From Myxococcales bacterium (GTDB lineage Bacteria; Myxococcota_A; Polyangia; Fen-1088): a DNA stretch of 64,000 bases. Of the stretch, positions 62,004 through 64,000 are shown in pieces. Location: NCBI GenBank assembly GCA_022184915.1, contig JAGTJU010000001.1, forward strand, positions 868,057 to 932,056, written 5' to 3'. The first letter of the stretch is position 1, and every line of letters begins with the position of its first letter. A model generated the notes under the pieces. That model worked only from the letters and a program-made list of their open reading frames with translations, was not told where the DNA came from and ran no database searches. A program made the position numbers and the translations under genes.

Positions 62004-62813
62004 ATGTCGAGCCCTTCCGATGAATTGACCCAAACCATTCGAGACGTCGCCCTTCAGATCAATGCCGCGCAGGAGCGCGCTGAAGATCGCGAGGTCGTCA
62101 CCGCCGCTCACATGGCGGTGGAAAAACTGTCGCAGCAGTTCAAGTCGTTCTACGACGCGCTCAGCGACGGTGAAAAGATGAAAGTGGATCGTACGCTCGG
62201 CCGGCGGGTTCAGGACATTCGGCGCTCCGCTTCGCTTCTGCCTCGCATCGGCGTCATTGCCGGCAGCACTCCCGATCGCGATCCCCACAAGGTGTCGAAG
62301 GTCGGTGAGCGGCACATCACGGGCGTGTCCTGGGGCGCCGGTCAAGGGGCGGGCGCGGGACGTCGCGGATTCCGGGTGGGGGGCGAGGTGGAAGCCTGGT
62401 GTGGCCCCTGCGGCGGGCTTACCGACCACACCATCGTGGCGATGGTGGGCGAAGATCCGAAGCAGGTGATCTGCCAGGCCTGCAACGGCCGCCATGGCTA
62501 CCGCACCACACCCGCGCGCAAGACTCCTTCTGCCGAGGTCTCCTCGGGCGGATACGATGACGACGTTGCCGTGGTCACGGCTCCCATCAAAGCAAGTCCC
62601 CAGAAAACCAAAGAAGGCAGTCTGCTGTTGGCACAGGTGGCGGAGGCCGTCGAGAACGGCACCGTGCGCGACTTCGACCCGAAGGAGCGGTACAAAACAG
62701 GTGAGATCATCTACCACCCAGAGTTCGGCCGAGGCCGCATCGAAACGGTGTTGCGGGCGAGCTTGCTGGTGAAGTTCGTCCAGGGCGGGCTCAAGGCCGT
62801 TTCTCTGCGCTGA
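62004..62813 (+). CDS. hypothetical protein with zinc ribbon and C-terminal Tudor/SH3-like domain
   Basis: CGPC...CQAC; Y..GE.I.HPEFGRG. Confidence 0.7.
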   Translation: MSSPSDELTQTIRDVALQINAAQERAEDREVVTAAHMAVEKLSQQFKSFYDALSDGEKMKVDRTLGRRVQDIRRSASLLPRIGVIAGSTPDRDPHKVSKVGERHITGVSWGAGQGAGAGRRGFRVGGEVEAWCGPCGGLTDHTIVAMVGEDPKQVICQACNGRHGYRTTPARKTPSAEVSSGGYDDDVAVVTAPIKASPQKTKEGSLLLAQVAEAVENGTVRDFDPKERYKTGEIIYHPEFGRGRIETVLRASLLVKFVQGGLKAVSLR

Positions 62814-62843
62814 ACGCCATCGCGGCCATGGTACCTTGTTTCC

Positions 62844-63458
62844 ATGGCGGAACGGGCACCGGGGCGGGACAGAGAGCGGCTGAACGCCCTGCTCGACGAA
62901 CGGAACGAGCACCCCGAACGCCTGGCCGACATCGATCGGCGTATCCGACAGGCCTTCGCAGAGACCCACGCGATCCTGGTTCTGGACATGTCTGGGTTCT
63001 CGCGCTTGGTGGCCCGCCACGGTACCACGCACTACCTGGCCATGATCCGCAGAATGCAGCTGACGGCGGGGCCCGTCGTCAGCGACCACCGGGGGCGGGT
63101 GGTGAAGGCCGAAGCCGACAACCTGTTCTGCGTGTTTCCCGCCGTGGCGGCGGCTGTCGATGCGGCTTGGGCGCTCGAAGCGGCGTTCGCCGAGGCGAAT
63201 CGCTTCCTACCCGAGGACTGGGATGTTTTGGTGGGCGTGGGCATCGGCTTCGGCGAGGTGCTGATGTTGGACCACTGTGATCTCTTTGGTCACGAGATGA
63301 ACCTGGCCTCGAAGCTGGGCGAGGATGTCGCGGCACCGGGCGATGTGCTGCTCACGGAGGCCGCTTTCGCCCGTTTGGCGCCCGCACCTGTGGCTCACAG
63401 CGATGAGGCACGCTTCGGCGACCTGCGTCTGCCGTTTTGGCGCCTCGCACGGCCGTGA
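62844..63458 (+). CDS. class III adenylate/guanylate cyclase domain protein
   Basis: LDMSGFS, VKAEADN, DLFG..NLASKL. Confidence 0.85.
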   Translation: MAERAPGRDRERLNALLDERNEHPERLADIDRRIRQAFAETHAILVLDMSGFSRLVARHGTTHYLAMIRRMQLTAGPVVSDHRGRVVKAEADNLFCVFPAVAAAVDAAWALEAAFAEANRFLPEDWDVLVGVGIGFGEVLMLDHCDLFGHEMNLASKLGEDVAAPGDVLLTEAAFARLAPAPVAHSDEARFGDLRLPFWRLARP

Positions 63459-63582
63459 CCACCTCGTGGGCCGGCCCCCGGCAGGCACGCGTCGATCCCC
63501 CACTGTTTAGGGTGGTTCAGGCCTTTTGCGGCCCCGCTGCGGCCCCCACGGGCGGGGGAATCGGTTAGTCTTCGCCGCGCCC

Positions 63583-64000
63583 GTGAACGAACGAACGCCC
63601 TTCACCTTCAAAAAACACCTGCCCGGCCTCGGAGGCCTGGCCGTGCTGCTTTTGGCCGTGGTGGAGACGGTCAACGCCGTCAGTGCCCCGGCACGTGCGC
63701 CCTCTGAAGCCGATTGGCAAGCTGCCAGCCAGACCATCCGGTCGGCGTTTCGGCCGGGCGACCTGATCGTGGCGGCACCGGCCTGGGCCGACCCGGTGAT
63801 GCGTCTGCACCTGGGTGATCTCGTCTCGGTGGACATGGCCACGCGCCTCGATGCGGCCGCCTACGGCCGCGTCTGGGAGGTGACCCAAAGAGGCGCAAGG
63901 GCGCCGGAAGCCACGGGGCGGGTGGTCTTCGAGTCGCGCCACGGAAACCTCACCGTGCGTCGCCTCGAGCGGACCCCGGCCGAGGTGAAGTTCGACTTCG
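63583..64000 (+). CDS. hypothetical exported protein (partial, runs off window end)
   Basis: frame read from GTG 63583: N-terminal TM then DWQAA...RPGDLIV.AP.WADP. Confidence 0.6.
   Translation, partial: MNERTPFTFKKHLPGLGGLAVLLLAVVETVNAVSAPARAPSEADWQAASQTIRSAFRPGDLIVAAPAWADPVMRLHLGDLVSVDMATRLDAAAYGRVWEVTQRGARAPEATGRVVFESRHGNLTVRRLERTPAEVKFDF

Overview
GC-rich, gene-dense window that looks myxobacterial (Myxococcota/Polyangia-like: DUF4215-type Cys repeats, MYXO-CTERM-like tail, TIGR02270 genes). Five blocks: (1) 1-7.2 kb, a tightly coupled minus-strand operon for an unusual, probably CMP-activated amino or higher-carbon sugar; (2) 7.3-18 kb, glycolipid/envelope genes (two GT4, MMPL, GT32, DUF3108, membrane alkaline-phosphatase-superfamily enzyme); (3) 18-44.6 kb, an island of mostly uncharacterised secreted proteins and lipoproteins: TonB-dependent receptor, a beta-helix-type lipoprotein, three paralogous Cys-rich surface proteins, a 1317-aa lipoprotein with 4 heme motifs, a 28-Cys PstS-like protein, a Kazal protein, and a cytochrome / cytochrome-porin / cytochrome trio. 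Several promoters here share a C-GT(C/A)AC-N22/23-TAT architecture; (4) 44.7-52.7 kb, a GAFTGA-less enhancer-binding protein and an orphan T6SS-type effector module (TIGR02270 x2, DUF6484, DUF2169, thiolase-like, frameshifted DUF4150 PAAR-like, AHH nuclease, immunity); (5) 52.7-64 kb, housekeeping and miscellaneous genes (IDH, MutS2, rhomboid, cupin, cyclase). Block 3 is the best candidate for an undescribed system: a co-regulated, disulfide- and heme-rich cell-surface apparatus that may be linked to phosphate scavenging (inference). No rRNA, tRNA, CRISPR or mobile element was seen. All family calls come from motif recognition by eye, not database searches.
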